A DNA stretch of 59,447 bases from Nemertoderma westbladi (GCA_032718475.1 JAUCBJ010000652.1:1-59447); one strand, 5' to 3'; counted from the stretch's first letter, positions 1 through 13,682 are shown. A program made the numbers and translations. Notes: a model not told the origin generated them from the sequence alone.

Positions 1-850
1 CCCGAGTAATTTACACAAGTATCAAAATATTAAGTTTAAGTGGAGAATTCGTGTACCTTTACTCAACTATTTGCTTCTATATTTGTAATTTTTTGAAAAT
101 ATCACTACAGCTAAGAAGCATGGTGATACTTCCCGTCATATTGTACACATTCGGGTGACATTTACAGTCCACGTTACCATAGCAACAGACCAAATAAGAC
201 AATTTAACAAGGATTTAATTTACAGTATAACTATAATGCAGTATTCCCTAGGCCTACCTTACCAGAGTTTTGAGAGATTAAATGTAACACACGTCGCATA
301 GCTATAACCTTCGACTGTTAGTCAACATCATATCGTGACTTGGGGGGATATTGTTTAATACAAATATGAATTTTAAAGTATCTCAGGCGTTTATCGAGAC
401 CTAAAGTTAATAGTTAACTCACTCTAAATTCTGCTAAGATATTAGTTTTGGAACAGTCGGGTGCATCACACTATGCACCGTCGAGACAGGGGAGGGGGGG
501 GGGGGGGGGGGGGGCAATCCCATTTCGGCGAATTAATATTTTGTATCAATGTTAAATTATCAATTTAAGGAAAGGAGCAGTTTACAGTGGCACGTTATTC
601 GGAACAAAACAATAAACGAATATCAACAGAACAGATAGAAGTTTAATTTTTGAGAGTAATCAGGTGTTATTTGCGTCGATTTTCACCCTGGAGAGGGATC
701 AATTTTGATTGCGTCGAAACTATCACTTTCATTTGCCTATTATTATTATGACTTGATGGAAATGGATGGTGACGAACATATTCCCTCTCTTAAAGGTAAA
801 CTTCCCGAATGTGATTTGTGAAGAGACTTGCATAGTATGTGGAACAAGAA
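1..850 (+). repeat. Left arm of a long inverted repeat (partner ~3365-4287); foldback/DNA-transposon-like
   Basis: 1-60 (gagtaatttacacaagtatcaaaatattaagtttaagtggagaattcgtgtacc) is the reverse complement of ~4230-4285. Similarity continues inward to ~730-850 vs ~3365-3490. The outer edge may be cut by the window start. Confidence 0.9.
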
Positions 851-859
851 GAAGTGTGC

Positions 860-3310
860 AGAAAGATGAAGTGGAAAATTTCTACCACAATCTACATGCA
901 TCTACTGATGGAGTGGATCAGCATGCATTCTTAATTTGCCTGGGTGACTTTAATGCAAGTCTACATCACTCATCTACATCTCATACTGGACCAAGTGGTC
1001 ACACGTCCCAGATATACCATATTCTGTTTCGTGGGAAATACAGGAGCTCTATTCTGTACAAGACTGAAGTATATTTGCACTTCGACCCTTATCCAGCTAT
1101 TACCTATTATTGTGGCCAAGGTAAGACTTAGCCTCCACGCTAGCAGAATTGCCAAGGAATGACTGGTCCTCTTTGTTGCAACAGCCCAGTTGTGAGATCC
1201 AGCTTCACACTACAGTTGAGGTATGAGGTTCTCGCCTCTGAGGCGGCAAATCACTGCGTGGGCTATACTGCCTTCACAGAAGCAGTTAATTTAGCAGCTG
1301 CTGAAACAGATCCTGTATATCCTCGAAACAGGAAATAGCCCCCCCCCCCCCGCACTGATCACAGAATTCGGAAGTGCCGAAATGACCTCAAATGGCGCAG
1401 AATGAGTCCCGCCGACTAGGGCACACGAAGACAGACAAGGATGCTAAAGGAGCTTATCAATAAGTAGGGCCGAGGTTGATGCCATTAACGCTGATGATAG
1501 CAGGCAATCAGCTCAGGCATAGCAATCAGTAAACCTGCTCACTGGGAGGAAAAGCCAACCAACCACCAAGGTTAATGCTGAATCTCCTGAACTCCTCAAT
1601 AATGGTTGGATGTTGGAAGGCCTACTTTGAAAAGCTTCCAAACATAACAGGGTATTGCCTGATAACTTTGAGGTACATCGTGTATCTGATTCTGTGCTCA
1701 CAGATATCCACATCTCATTTGCTGAAATTAAGACTGCAGTAAGGGGCTTGAAGACCAATCGTGCCATTGGAGTAGATGGCGTGCCCCTGAGGTCTTTAAA
1801 ATTGCTGAGTGCTTAGAGCTCAGTCACCCCATTATTCTGAGTATGTATAGGACAAAGATAGTCCCTCAAGAAATGAAAATATATAAGTTGGTCCATGCAC
1901 CAAAAAAGGGCAACCTAACAACCTATAAAGCTTTTCGTGGAAACTCGTTAATCTCGATTGCTGCAAAGCAATACAACAGAATTCTATTAAATCGCATCAG
2001 GAATCCTGTGAGAACCAAAATGGGTTCCATAAAGGTCGTGGGACATGAAGTCTATTCTGGCACTTAGAAGGATAATCAAAGAGTTATCAACAAAGAAAGA
2101 CATACATCTGGCTATTATCTTTGTTGACTTCTTTAAGGCCTTCGACTCAGTCTCCCGACCACGGATGTTTAGCATACTTGTAGCACATTGGTTTCCTGGG
2201 GAAATTATTGCAGCTTTCCGATCACTGTTTGATGGTTCCACCACATTTGCGTCTACTGCTGATGGTGACACAGATCCATTCGAACTCTTATGCGGAATCC
2301 TTCAGGGTTACACACTTGTGCCATACTAATTCTTAATTGTGGTTGATTGTGTTCTACGCATGTCCTTAGACCATAAAAATTAAAATTATTAAAATGGGAT
2401 GATGGTACCCCTACTGGCACAATAAGTGGAGGTAATCCAGCAAAGTACCTAACTGATATAGACTTTACTGATGATATAGGGATACTGTCAGAATCACTAG
2501 AGGTAGCCCAAAGGCTTCTCTGCTCATTAGACGAGGTTGCTTCTAGTGTTTGTCTTTTTGTAAATTCCAAGAAGACAAAAATTATGACAGTCAACCTAGA
2601 CAGCCCTCAAGAAATATCTGATCGTAAGGGAATAAGCTCCAGGAATGGCTTGCTTGGGCACGTGGATGACTTCTGCTACTTGGGATCATGGATCAGAAAC
2701 TCAGGTGAGGACCTTCGGATACGTAAGGGGGAGGCATGGGCTGCATTGAATAGACTATCCAGGATTTGTAATTCCCACATAATAAAACGGTACCTCAAGG
2801 TTCGATTATTTCTGGCAGCAGTAGTTCCATGGGAGTCCACGCTGGGCTCTAACTGCAGAGGATACCAAATCTCTGGATGGCACCTTCTCAAGAATGCTGC
2901 GCCGGGTTCATTGTGTTATGTACAACGAACACATCTCCAACCAGACTCTATACAACATTGGAGCTGTTTCATCAGTCTCCTCTAGCTTGCCACTTGAACG
3001 GAACCGCCTCAGCCTTGCAGGACATTGCTTTCACTGTGAGGAACAGCCAGTGCATTATCTTGTACTTTGGCTACCTCATGAAGTGAATAAGCATGGTGGA
3101 CAACCCATGACTTTCTTGAGACGCATCTTAAAGGACACTGGCCTTGAAGATGCGGATGATATAGCAATTGTCATGGGTGCCAGAGAGTTGTGGCAACGCA
3201 ATTTTGTCGACAAGCCTGCACAGCATTCTAAATATATATGTAATATACTGTATATAATGCAGCTGCAATGTAGCATGCCAATAGTAGTAGTAGTAATAGT
3301 AGTAGTAGTG
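860..3310 (+). mobile_element. Decayed non-LTR retrotransposon (RTE-like): APE endonuclease remnant plus RT, frameshifted
   Basis: ORF fragments show ICLGDFNA (APE), FVDFFKAFDSVSR, GILQGYTLVP, DFTDDI (~2461), VDDFCYLGSWI and LAGHCF..LVLW. Ends in a (TAG)n-type tail at ~3282-3310. Multiple stops and frameshifts. Confidence 0.9.
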
Positions 3311-3364
3311 CTGACACATTTAATTTTAACTTGCCGTCAACTGAAGCAATTCTTAATGGGTCAT

Positions 3365-4287
3365 CTTTCTTTGCTCCATATACTATGCATGTCTCTTCAC
3401 AAACCACATTCGGGCAAGTTTTCCTTTTAATAGTAGGAATATGTTCGTCACCATCCATTTTCATCAAGTCATAATAATAATAGGCAGATGCAAGTGATAG
3501 TGAAAATCAATCTCAAAGTGAAAGAAACATTACTGTTACTGTAATTACATTAATTTCAACGCAATCAAAATTGATCCCTCTCCAGGGGAAAATCGATGCA
3601 AATAACACCCGATTACTCTCAAAAATTAAACTTCAATCTGTTCTATTGAGATTCGTTTATTGTTTTGGTTGGAATAACGTGCCATTGTAAACTGGTCCTT
3701 TCCCTAAATTGATAATTTAACATTGAGAAAAAATAATTGAAATAAAAACAAAATAAAAACAGAAATGGGATTTGTGCCCCCTCCCCCGCTCAACCCCTGT
3801 CTCGACGGTGCATAGTGTGATGTACCTGCCTGTTGCAAAACTAATATCTTAGCAGAATTTAGAGTGAGTTAACTATTAACTGTAGGTCTCCTCAATGAAC
3901 GCATGAGATACTTTAAAATTCATATTTATATTAAACAATATTCCCCCAAGTCACGATAGGATGTTGACTAACAGTCGAAGGTTATAGCTATGCGACGTGT
4001 GTTACATTTAATCTCTCAAACTCTGGTAAGGTAGGCCTAGGGAAAACTACATTATAGTTATACTGTAAATTAAATTCTTATTAAATTGTCTTATTTGGTC
4101 TGTTGCTATGGTAACGTGGTCTGTAAATGTCACCTGAATGTGCACAATATGACGGGAAGTATCACCATGCTACTCGAGCTGTAGTGATAATTTAAAAAAA
4201 TTACAAATATGGAAGCAAATAGTTGAGTCTAGGTACACGAATTCTCCACTTAAACTCAATATTTTGATACTTGTGAAAATTACTCTG
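3365..4287 (-). repeat. Right arm of the long inverted repeat (partner 1-850)
   Basis: Reverse complement of 1-850 with scattered substitutions and an extra segment near 3500-3555. Confidence 0.9.
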
Positions 4288-4989
4288 GTCCAAATAATGG
4301 GCCTGTGTCTGCGACATTGGACGCTATTTGATTTTATATTGCCCTTGATGTGTTCCCAAGATGTCATATAAGTTATGTGATGGGTTTTTTGATTTTTAAA
4401 ACTGTTTGTTGATTTTCTCAGGAAAAGGAAATGTGAGACAAAGAAATTGATAATTTAAATTTCATAAATCTGTTGCTAAGGCGGTTACTAGGGCCGGGTT
4501 GGCGGACTGCAAGGGAATTTCGGAAATTTTCTTCTTTACCAAAGTGTTTATAACAGTTTCAGGACAACATTGATGCATTTTGATTAACTTTCAATTTATA
4601 CACTGGTTATGAGACGAGATTCACTAGCATTCACCATGAACTTGTATCCTAAAATTGAAAAAAAACATTTTTGAGCAAAAAACTTTGAAGCCCAAAAAAA
4701 GGCATTAAATTAAAAATGCAGAGGTGGCATCCGGCCTAGCCGGATTCGCCATGTCTTGAAGTACAAAAATCAGGTGGATGCCAACCATTAACAAAAAATG
4801 CCATCTAAACTTAATTTTCGGGAGTTGGCAGGTAGACTATAGAGTCAGTTAGTATATTATTTATAGCGCGAATATTAGTCAATATCACTCCGGGAGCGAA
4901 TTTTTCACTTCTACATCAGAATTTTCGATGAAGATAACATTTTTATGAAAGTATTCGCATACAATTCGCAACGCCAACTATCCCTCTTA

Positions 4990-5173
4990 GGCCGCGTTCA
5001 CACTACCGAGTCAAAGTCAAAGTCAAAATGTAAAACAAATCACATGAAATTCAATTTTTTCTAGAATGCCCGTTATGTATTATATTTGGCCTATATAATG
5101 TATTAATATTTATTATTGCTAGCTAGCTATACTTATTTTCTTTTGACTTTGACTCGGTAGTGTGAACGCGGCC
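4990..5173. mobile_element. MITE, probably PIF/Harbinger (Tourist-like)
   Basis: TIRs ggccgcgttcacactaccgagtcaaagtcaaa / tttgactttgactcggtagtgtgaacgcggcc. Flanked by TTA and TGA (TNA-type target). Same family at 38187 and 38440. Confidence 0.85.
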
Positions 5174-5406
5174 TGACTTATACATAAAAATTAACAAATG
5201 CGTTTAGATTTTCCCTCTGTTTCAATTACTTTAAAAAAGTAGGTACATTTGGTATATAGCGGTTCAATTTGATACAAAAATTGTCAGAAGTTTGTCAGAA
5301 TTTTTGGAGATGGTCCATTTCTGATGCGCAGAGTCACTAGCTACATGTGAACCAAATTTGGAAATTTTGCGCTAACAAACTCTACTATTCAGAACACCGA
5401 TCAAAT

Positions 5407-8400
5407 CCCTACTGTTTTGTGTAATTCCTGCTGAATTGTTTAATTCCTGCTTTATTGTGTAATTCCTGCTGAATTGTGTAGTTCCTGCTTTATTGTGTAA
5501 TTCCTGCTTTATTGTGTAATTCCTGCTTTATTGTGTAATTCCTGCTTTATTGTGTAATTCCTACTGTTTTGTGTAATTCCTACTGTTTTGTGTGATTCCT
5601 GCTTTATTGTGTAATTCCTACTGTTTTGTGTGATTCCTGCTTTATTGTGTAATTCCTGCTTTATTGTGTAATTCCTGCTTTATTGTGTAATTTCTGCTGT
5701 ATTGTGTAATTCCTGCTTTATTGTATAATTACTACTGTTTTGTGTAATTCCTACTGTTTTGTGTGATTCCTGCTTTATTGTGTAATTCCTACTGTTTTGT
5801 GTAATTCCTGCTTTATTGTGTAATTCCTGCTGAATTGTGTAGTTCCTGCTTTATTGTGTAATTCCTGCTTTATTGTGTAATTCCTGCTTTATTGTGTAAT
5901 TCCTGCTTTATTGTGTAATTCCTACTGTTTTGTGTAATTCCTACTGTTTTGTGTGATTCCTGCATTATTGTGTAATTCCTACTGTTTTGTGTAATTCCTG
6001 CTTTATTGTGTAATTCCTGCTGAATTGTGTAGTTCCTGCTTTATTGTGTAATTCCTGCTTTATTGTGTAATTCCTGCTTTATTGTGTAATTCCTGCTTTA
6101 TTGTGTAATTCCTACTGTTTTGTGTAATTCCTACTGTTTTGTGTGATTCCTGCTTTATTGTGTAATTCCTACTGTTTTGTGTGATTCCTGCTTTATTGTG
6201 TAATTCCTGCTTTATTGTGTAATTCCTGCTTTATTGTGTAATTCCTGCTTTATTGTGTAATTCCTACTGTTTTGTGTAATTCCTACTGTTTTGTGTGATT
6301 CCTGCTTTATTGTGTAATTCCTACTGTTTTGTGTAATTCCTGCTTTATTGTGTAATTCCTGCTTTATTGTGTAATTCCTGCTTTATTGTATAATTACTAC
6401 TGTTTTGTGTAATTCCTACTGTTTTGTGTGATTCCTGCTTTATTGTGTAATTCCTACTGTTTTGTGTAATTCCTGCTTTATTGTGTAATTCCTGCTTTAT
6501 TGTATAATTACTACTGTTTTGTGTAATTCCTACTGTTTTGTGTGATTCCTGCTTTATTGTGTAATTCCTACTGTTTTGTGTAATTCCTGCTTTATTGTGT
6601 AATTCCTGCTTTATTGTGTAATTCCTGCTTTATTGTGTAATTCCTACTGTTTTGTGTAATTCCTACTGTTTTTTGTGATTCCTGCTTTATTGTGTAATTC
6701 CTACTGTTTTGTGTGATTCCTGCTTTATTGTGTAATTCCTGCTTTATTGTGTAATTCCTGCTTTATTGTGTAATTCCTGCTTTATTGTGTAATTCCTACT
6801 GTTTTGTGTAATTCCTACTGTTTTGTGTGATTCCTGCTTTATTGTGTAATTCCTACTGTTTTGTGTGATTCCTGCTTTATTGTGTAATTCCTGCTTTATT
6901 GTGTAATTCCTGCTTTATTGTGTAATTTCTGCTGTATTGTGTAATTCCTGCTTTATTGTATAATTACTACTGTTTTGTGTAATTCCTACTGTTTTGTGTG
7001 ATTCCTGCTTTATTGTGTAATTCCTACTGTTTTGTGTAATTCCTACTGTTTTGTGTGATTCCTGCTTTATTGTGTAATTCCTACTGTTTTGTGTAATTCC
7101 TGCTTTATTGTGTAATTCCTGCTGAATTGTGTAGTTCCTGCTTTATTGTGTAATTCCTGCTTTATTGTGTAATTCCTGCTTTATTGTGTAATTCCTGCTT
7201 TATTGTGTAATTCCTACTGTTTTGTGTAATTCCTACTGTTTTGTGTGATTCCTGCTTTATTGTGTAATTCCTACTGTTTTGTGTAATTCCTGCTTTATTG
7301 TGTAATTCCTGCTGAATTGTGTAGTTCCTGCTTTATTGTGTAATTCCTGCTTTATTGTGTAATTCCTGCTTTATTGTGTAATTCCTGCTTTATTGTGTAA
7401 TTCCTACTGTTTTGTGTAATTCCTACTGTTTTGTGTGATTCCTGCTTTATTGTGTAATTCCTACTGTTTTGTGTGATTCCTGCTTTATTGTGTAATTCCT
7501 GCTTTATTGTGTAATTCCTGCTTTATTGTGTAATTCCTGCTTTATTGTGTAATTCCTACTGTTTTGTGTAATTCCTACTGTTTTGTGTGATTCCTGCTTT
7601 ATTGTGTAATTCCTACTGTTTTGTGTAATTCCTGCTTTATTGTGTAATTCCTGCTTTATTGTGTAATTCCTGCTTTATTGTATAATTACTACTGTTTTGT
7701 GTAATTCCTACTGTTTTGTGTGATTCCTGCTTTATTGTGTAATTCCTACTGTTTTGTGTAATTCCTGCTTTATTGTGTAATTCCTGCTTTATTGTATAAT
7801 TACTACTGTTTTGTGTAATTCCTACTGTTTTGTGTGATTCCTGCTTTATTGTGTAATTCCTACTGTTTTGTGTAATTCCTGCTTTATTGTGTAATTCCTG
7901 CTTTATTGTGTAATTCCTGCTTTATTGTGTAATTCCTACTGTTTTGTGTAATTCCTACTGTTTTTTGTGATTCCTGCTTTATTGTGTAATTCCTACTGTT
8001 TTGTGTGATTCCTGCTTTATTGTGTAATTCCTGCTTTATTGTGTAATTCCTGCTTTATTGTGTAATTCCTGCTTTATTGTGTAATTCCTACTGTTTTGTG
8101 TAATTCCTACTGTTTTGTGTGATTCCTGCTTTATTGTGTAATTCCTACTGTTTTGTGTGATTCCTGCTTTATTGTGTAATTCCTGCTTTATTGTGTAATT
8201 CCTGCTTTATTGTGTAATTTCTGCTGTATTGTGTAATTCCTGCTTTATTGTATAATTACTACTGTTTTGTGTAATTCCTACTGTTTTGTGTGATTCCTGC
8301 TTTATTGTGTAATTCCTACTGTTTTGTGTAATTCCTGCTTTATTGTGTAATTCCTGCTGAATTGTGTAGTTCCTGCTTTATTGTGTAATTCCTGCTGTAT

Positions 8401-11400
8401 TGTGTAATTCCTGCTTTATTGTGTAATTCCTGCTTTATTGTGTAATTCCTACTGTTTTGTGTAATTCCTACTGTTTTGTGTGATTCCTGCTTTATTGTGT
8501 AATTCCTACTGTTTTGTGTGATTCCTGCTTTATTGTGTAATTCCTGCTTTATTGTGTAATTCCTGCTTTATTGTGTAATTTCTGCTGTATTGTGTAATTC
8601 CTGCTTTATTGTATAATTACTACTGTTTTGTGTAATTCCTACTGTTTTGTGTGATTCCTGCTTTATTGTGTAATTCCTACTGTTTTGTGTGATTCCTGCT
8701 TTATTGTGTAATTCCTGCTTTATTGCGTAATTCCTGCTGTATTGTGTAATTCCTGCTGTATTGTTTAATTCCTGCTTTATTGTGTAATTCCTGCTGTATT
8801 GTGTAATTCCTGCTGTATTGTTTAATTCCTGCTGTATTGTGTAATTCCTACTGTTTTGTGTAATTCCTGCTTTATTGTGTAATTCCTGCTTTATTGTGTA
8901 ATTCCTACTGTTTTGTGTAATTCCTGCTGTATTGTGTAATTCCTACTGTATTGTGTAATTCCTGCTGTATTGTGTAATTCCTACTGTTTTGTGTAATTCC
9001 TACTGTTTTGTGTAATTCCTGTTGTATTGTGTAATTCCTACTGTATTGTGTAATTATTCCTGCGGAATTGTGTAATTCCTGCTGAATTGTGTAATTCCTG
9101 CTTTATTGTGTAATTCCTGCTTTATTGTGTAATTCCTACTGTTTTGTGTAATTCCTACTGTTTTGTGTAATTCCTGCTGTATTGTGTAATTCCTGCTGAA
9201 TTGTGTAATTCCTGCTTTATTGTGTAATTCCTGCTTTATTGTGTAATTCCTGCTGTATTGTGTAATTCCTGCTGTATTGTGTAATTCCTGCTGTATTGTG
9301 TAATTCCTACTGTTTTGTGTAATTCCTGCTTTATTGTGTAATTCCTGCTTTATTGTGTAATTCCTGCTTTATTGTGTAATTCCTGCTGTATTGTGTAATT
9401 CCTGCTGTATTGTGTAATTCCTGCTTTATTGTGTAATTCTGCTTTATTGTGTAATTCCTGCTGTATTGTGTAATTCCTGCTTTATTGTGTAATTTCTGCT
9501 TTATTGTGTAATTTCTGCTTTATTGCGTAATTCCTGCTGTTTTGTGTAATTCCTGCTTTATTGTGTAATTTCTGCTTTATTGTGTAATTCCTGCTTTATT
9601 GTATAATTCCTGCTTTATTGTGTAATTCCTGCTGTATTGTGTAATTCCTGCTGTATTGTGTAATTCCTGCTGTATTGTGTAATTCCTACTGTTTTGTGTA
9701 ATTCCTGCTTTATTGTGTAATTTCTGCTTTATTGTGTAATTCCTGCTTTATTGTATAATTCCTGCTTTATTGTGTAATTCCTGCTGTATTGTGTAATTCC
9801 TGCTTTATTGTGTAATTCCTGCTTTATTGTATAATTCATGCTTTATTGTGTAATTCCTGCTGTATTGTGTAATTCCTGCTTTATTGTGTAATTTCTGCGT
9901 TATTGTGTAATTCCTGCTTTATTGTGTAATTCCTGCTTTATTGTGTAATTCCTGCATTATTGTGTAATTTCTGCTTTATTGTGTAATTCCTACTGTTTTG
10001 TGTAATTCCTGCTTTATTGTGTAATTCCTGCTGTATTGTGTAATTCCTGCTGTATTGTGTAATTCCTACTGTTTTGTGTAATTCCTGCTTTATTGTGTAA
10101 TTCCTGCTTTATTGTGTAATTCCTGCTTTATTGTGTAATTCCTGCTTTATTGTGTAATTCCTGCTGTATTGTGTAATTCCTGCTGTATTGTGTAATTCCT
10201 ACTGTTTTGTGTAATTCCTGCTTTATTGTGTAATTCCTGCTTTATTGTGTAATTCCTGCTTTATTGTGTAATTCCTGCTTTATTGTGTAATTCCTGCTGT
10301 ATTGTGTAATTCCTGCTTTATTGTGTAATTCTGCTTTATTGTGTAATTCCTGCTGTATTGTGTAATTCCTGCTTTATTTTGTAATTCCTGCTTTATTGTA
10401 TAATTCCTGCTTTATTGTGTAATTCCTGCTGTATTGTGTAATTCCTGCTGTATTGTGTAATTCCTGGTGTATTGTGTAATTCATACTGTTAAAAAAAAAA
10501 TAAAAAAAAAATAAAAAGTAATTCATACTGTTTGGTGTAATTCCTGTTGTATTGTGTAATTCCTACTGTTTTTTGTAATTCCTACTGTTTGGTGTAATTC
10601 CTGTTTATTGTGTAATTCCTGCTTTATTGTGTAATTCCTACTGTTTTGTGTAATTCCTGCTTTATTGTGTAATTCCTGCTTTATTGTGTAATTCCTGCTT
10701 TATTGTGTAATTCCTGCTTTATTGTGTAATTCCTGCTTTATTGTGTAATTCCTGCTTTATTGTGTAATTCATGCTTTATTGTGTAAGTCCTGCTGTATTG
10801 TGTAATTCCTACTGTTTTGTGTAATTCCTGCTTTATTGTGTAATTCATGCTTTATTGTGTAATTCCTGCTTTATTGTGTAATTCCTGCTTTATTGTGTAA
10901 TTCCTGCTGAATTGTGTAATTCCCGCTGAATTGTGTAATTCTTGCTTTATTGTGTAATTCCTGCTTTATTGTGTAATTCCTGCTTTATTGTACAATTCCT
11001 GCTTTATTGTGTAATTCCTGCTGTATTGTGTAATTCCTGCTGTATTGTGTAATTCCTACTGTTTGGTGTAATTCCTGCTTTATTGTGTATTTCCTGCTTT
11101 ATTGTGTAATTTCTGCTTTATTGTGTAATTCCTACTGTTTTGTGTGATTCCTGCTTTATTGTGTAATTCCTGCTTTATTGTATAATTCCTGCTTTATTGT
11201 GTAATTCCTGCTGTATTGTGTAATTCCTGCTGTATTGTGTAATTCCTGCTGTATTGTGTAATTCCTACTGTTTGGTGTAATTCCTGCTTTATTGTGTAAT
11301 TCCTGCTTTATTGTGTAATTCCTGCTTTATTGTGTAATTCCTACTGTTTTGTGTGATTCCTGCTTTATTGTGTAATTCCTGCTTTATTGTGTAATTCCTA

Positions 11401-12343
11401 CTGTTTTGTGTGATTCCTGCTTTATTGTGTAATTCCTGCTGTATTGTGTAATTCCTACTGTTTGGTGTAATTCCTGCTTTATTGTGTAATTCCTGCTTTA
11501 TTGTATAATTCCTGCTTTATTGTGTAATTCCTGCTGTATTGTGTAATTCCTGCTGTATTGTGTAATTCCTGCTGTATTGTGTAATTCCTACTGTTTGGTG
11601 TAATTCCTGCTTTATTGTGTAATTCCTGCTTTATTGTGTAATTCCTGCTTTATTGTGTAATTCCTGCTTTATTGTGTAATTCCTGCTTTATTGTTTAATT
11701 CCTACTGTTTTGTGTGATTCCTGCTTTATTGTGTAATTCCTGCTTTATTGTGTAATTCCTACTGTTTTGTGTGATTCCTGCTTTATTGTGTAATTCCTGC
11801 TGTATTGTGTAATTCCTACTGTTTGGTGTAATTCCTGCTTTATTGTGTAATTCCTGCTTTATTGTATAATTCCTGCTGTATTGTGTAATTCCTACTGTTT
11901 GGTGTAATTCCTGCTTTATTGTGTAATTCCTGCTTTATTGTATAATTCCTGCTTTATTGTGTAATTCCTGCTGTATTGTGTAATTCCTGCTGTATTGTGT
12001 AATTCCTGCTGTATTGTGTAATTCCTACTGTTTGGTGTAATTCCTGCTTTATTGTGTAATTCCTGCTTTATTGTGTAATTCCTGCTTTATTGTGTAATTC
12101 CTGCTTTATTGTGTAATTCCTGCTGTATTGTGTAATTCCTGCTTTATTGTGTAATTCCTGCTTTATTGTGTAATTTCTACTGTTTTGTGTGATTCCTGCT
12201 TTATTGTGTAATTCCTGCTTTATTGTGTAATTCCTGCTTTATTGTGTAATTCCTGCTGTATTGTGTAATTCCTGCTTTATTGTGTAATTCCTACTGTTTT
12301 GTGTAATTCCTGCTTTATTGTGTAATTCCTTCTGTATTGTGTA
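5407..12343. repeat. 19-bp satellite (TGTGTAATTCCTGCTTTAT and variants), ~365 units, with higher-order structure
   Basis: Direct 19-bp periodicity. Variants include CCTACTGTTT, CCTGCTGTAT and CCTGCTGAAT. Confidence 0.98.
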
Positions 12344-12379
12344 CTAATAATAAGTAATGATGTGAAATTAATCATAAAC

Positions 12380-12991
12380 TTAAACCTTAGAAGTTTTACG
12401 GTTGTTATTTACAAAGGCCAAAATAAACCAAATATAAAAGAATAACAACGAAATAATTATAAATATAGATATTCCAATAATTATTTCATATTGATATATT
12501 TTCACACTACGTATAGTTTTCCTTGTTTCTTGAATGTTCTCTTCCGTAAAACTATCAACACTTTGTTCAAAGCTATCGGATGATTCTAAGTATGACTCAT
12601 TTCTTCGTATTCCCACCATATCTCTCCATTTTTTTATGGCTATCATCCCCAGTAGGGTATTTTTTGTCGTGGTTATTATTTGCCATATCCATGCGCAAAC
12701 GTCTTTACAATTTACAGAGTATACGCTTAGAGTCTGTTCGGATGATTCTGACGTTGGTTCTATTTCGTGTTCAAATATTTTACTGAATATCCTTGGTGAC
12801 CATTCCACAGGTTTATTCCACACCATGTCCAATGCATGATACCTGTTTTTCTTTACTTCTACCCCAGGTTTGGGTTTTTCAGCTGGGCAATATATGCTAC
12901 ATCGATGAATCGATTGATACTCGCTGCTGCAGTCACTGCTGACGCTAGAGACGGGACTACTTCTCTGACAATAATTGGTACTGTTATGGGC
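12380..12991 (-). CDS. Probable terminal coding exon of a host gene; ~203 aa ending in a hydrophobic helix plus basic tail (membrane-anchored protein, unknown family)
   Basis: The listed ORF 12380-12832 stays open upstream to an acceptor tttcttag|G at 12991 (phase 0; AHNSTNYCQRSS...). C-terminus is IIIGISIFIIISLLFFYIWFILAFV-NNNRKTSKV*. A 612-nt open frame is unusual in this AT-rich DNA. Confidence 0.6.
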   Translation of the reverse strand, partial: AHNSTNYCQRSSPVSSVSSDCSSEYQSIHRCSIYCPAEKPKPGVEVKKNRYHALDMVWNKPVEWSPRIFSKIFEHEIEPTSESSEQTLSVYSVNCKDVCAWIWQIITTTKNTLLGMIAIKKWRDMVGIRRNESYLESSDSFEQSVDSFTEENIQETRKTIRSVKIYQYEIIIGISIFIIISLLFFYIWFILAFVNNNRKTSKV

Positions 12992-13034
12992 CTAAGAAAC
13001 CCACTCAAAAAGTGTCATATATTCATTAAAATTT

Positions 13035-13682
13035 CTAAATTTAAAATAAAATCTCACTTTCCAGTCTGATCGGTATTATTAGAAGGCACACTTTACATTT
13101 TTTAATTAATGAAATCCGATAATTTCGCCCCATTTCCGACCCTAAAAGTAATTTAATACCAAAATACTGTCTCTGCAGATTGGGTCTGCTCTGCAAAACA
13201 CCACAAGATGGCGCTCAAATTAGGACTGCACAGTCAGTGTGTAGGCCTACAGCATAGCGACTGCTGCACTGAGTTCTGTGAAGTTACGATCACCAGTCAG
13301 CCTGTTCACATGCGCCACTTGCCTGACAGTCACTGTACAGTGTACACATGTAACCCGGAGGTACCGTATGCCGTAATGGGTATGCAGTGTTGGATTAGGT
13401 TACCGGCTGACCGGACCAGTTCCTTTACCCCTTCAGGCTGTACCTTGCTTGTAATACACTCGAACATTGATCAGCTGATGCTGAATTGATTCATCCAAGC
13501 GGCCATTGGTCAACACCCAACAACCAACCAGCAGACAGTATTTGGTATTAAATTACTTTTAGGGTCGAAAATAGGGCGAAATTATCGGATTTTATTAATT
13601 AAAAAATGTAAAGTGTGGCTTCTAATAATAACGATCTCACTGGAAAGAGATTTTGAAGACTGTTTTATAATTTAGATATTTT
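13035..13682. mobile_element. Foldback/MITE-like element with ~140-bp inverted arms
   Basis: 13060-13172 (ccagt..cggtattattagaaggcacactttacatttttt..cgaccctaaaagtaatttaataccaaaatactgtct) is the reverse complement of ~13534-13645. Confidence 0.75.
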
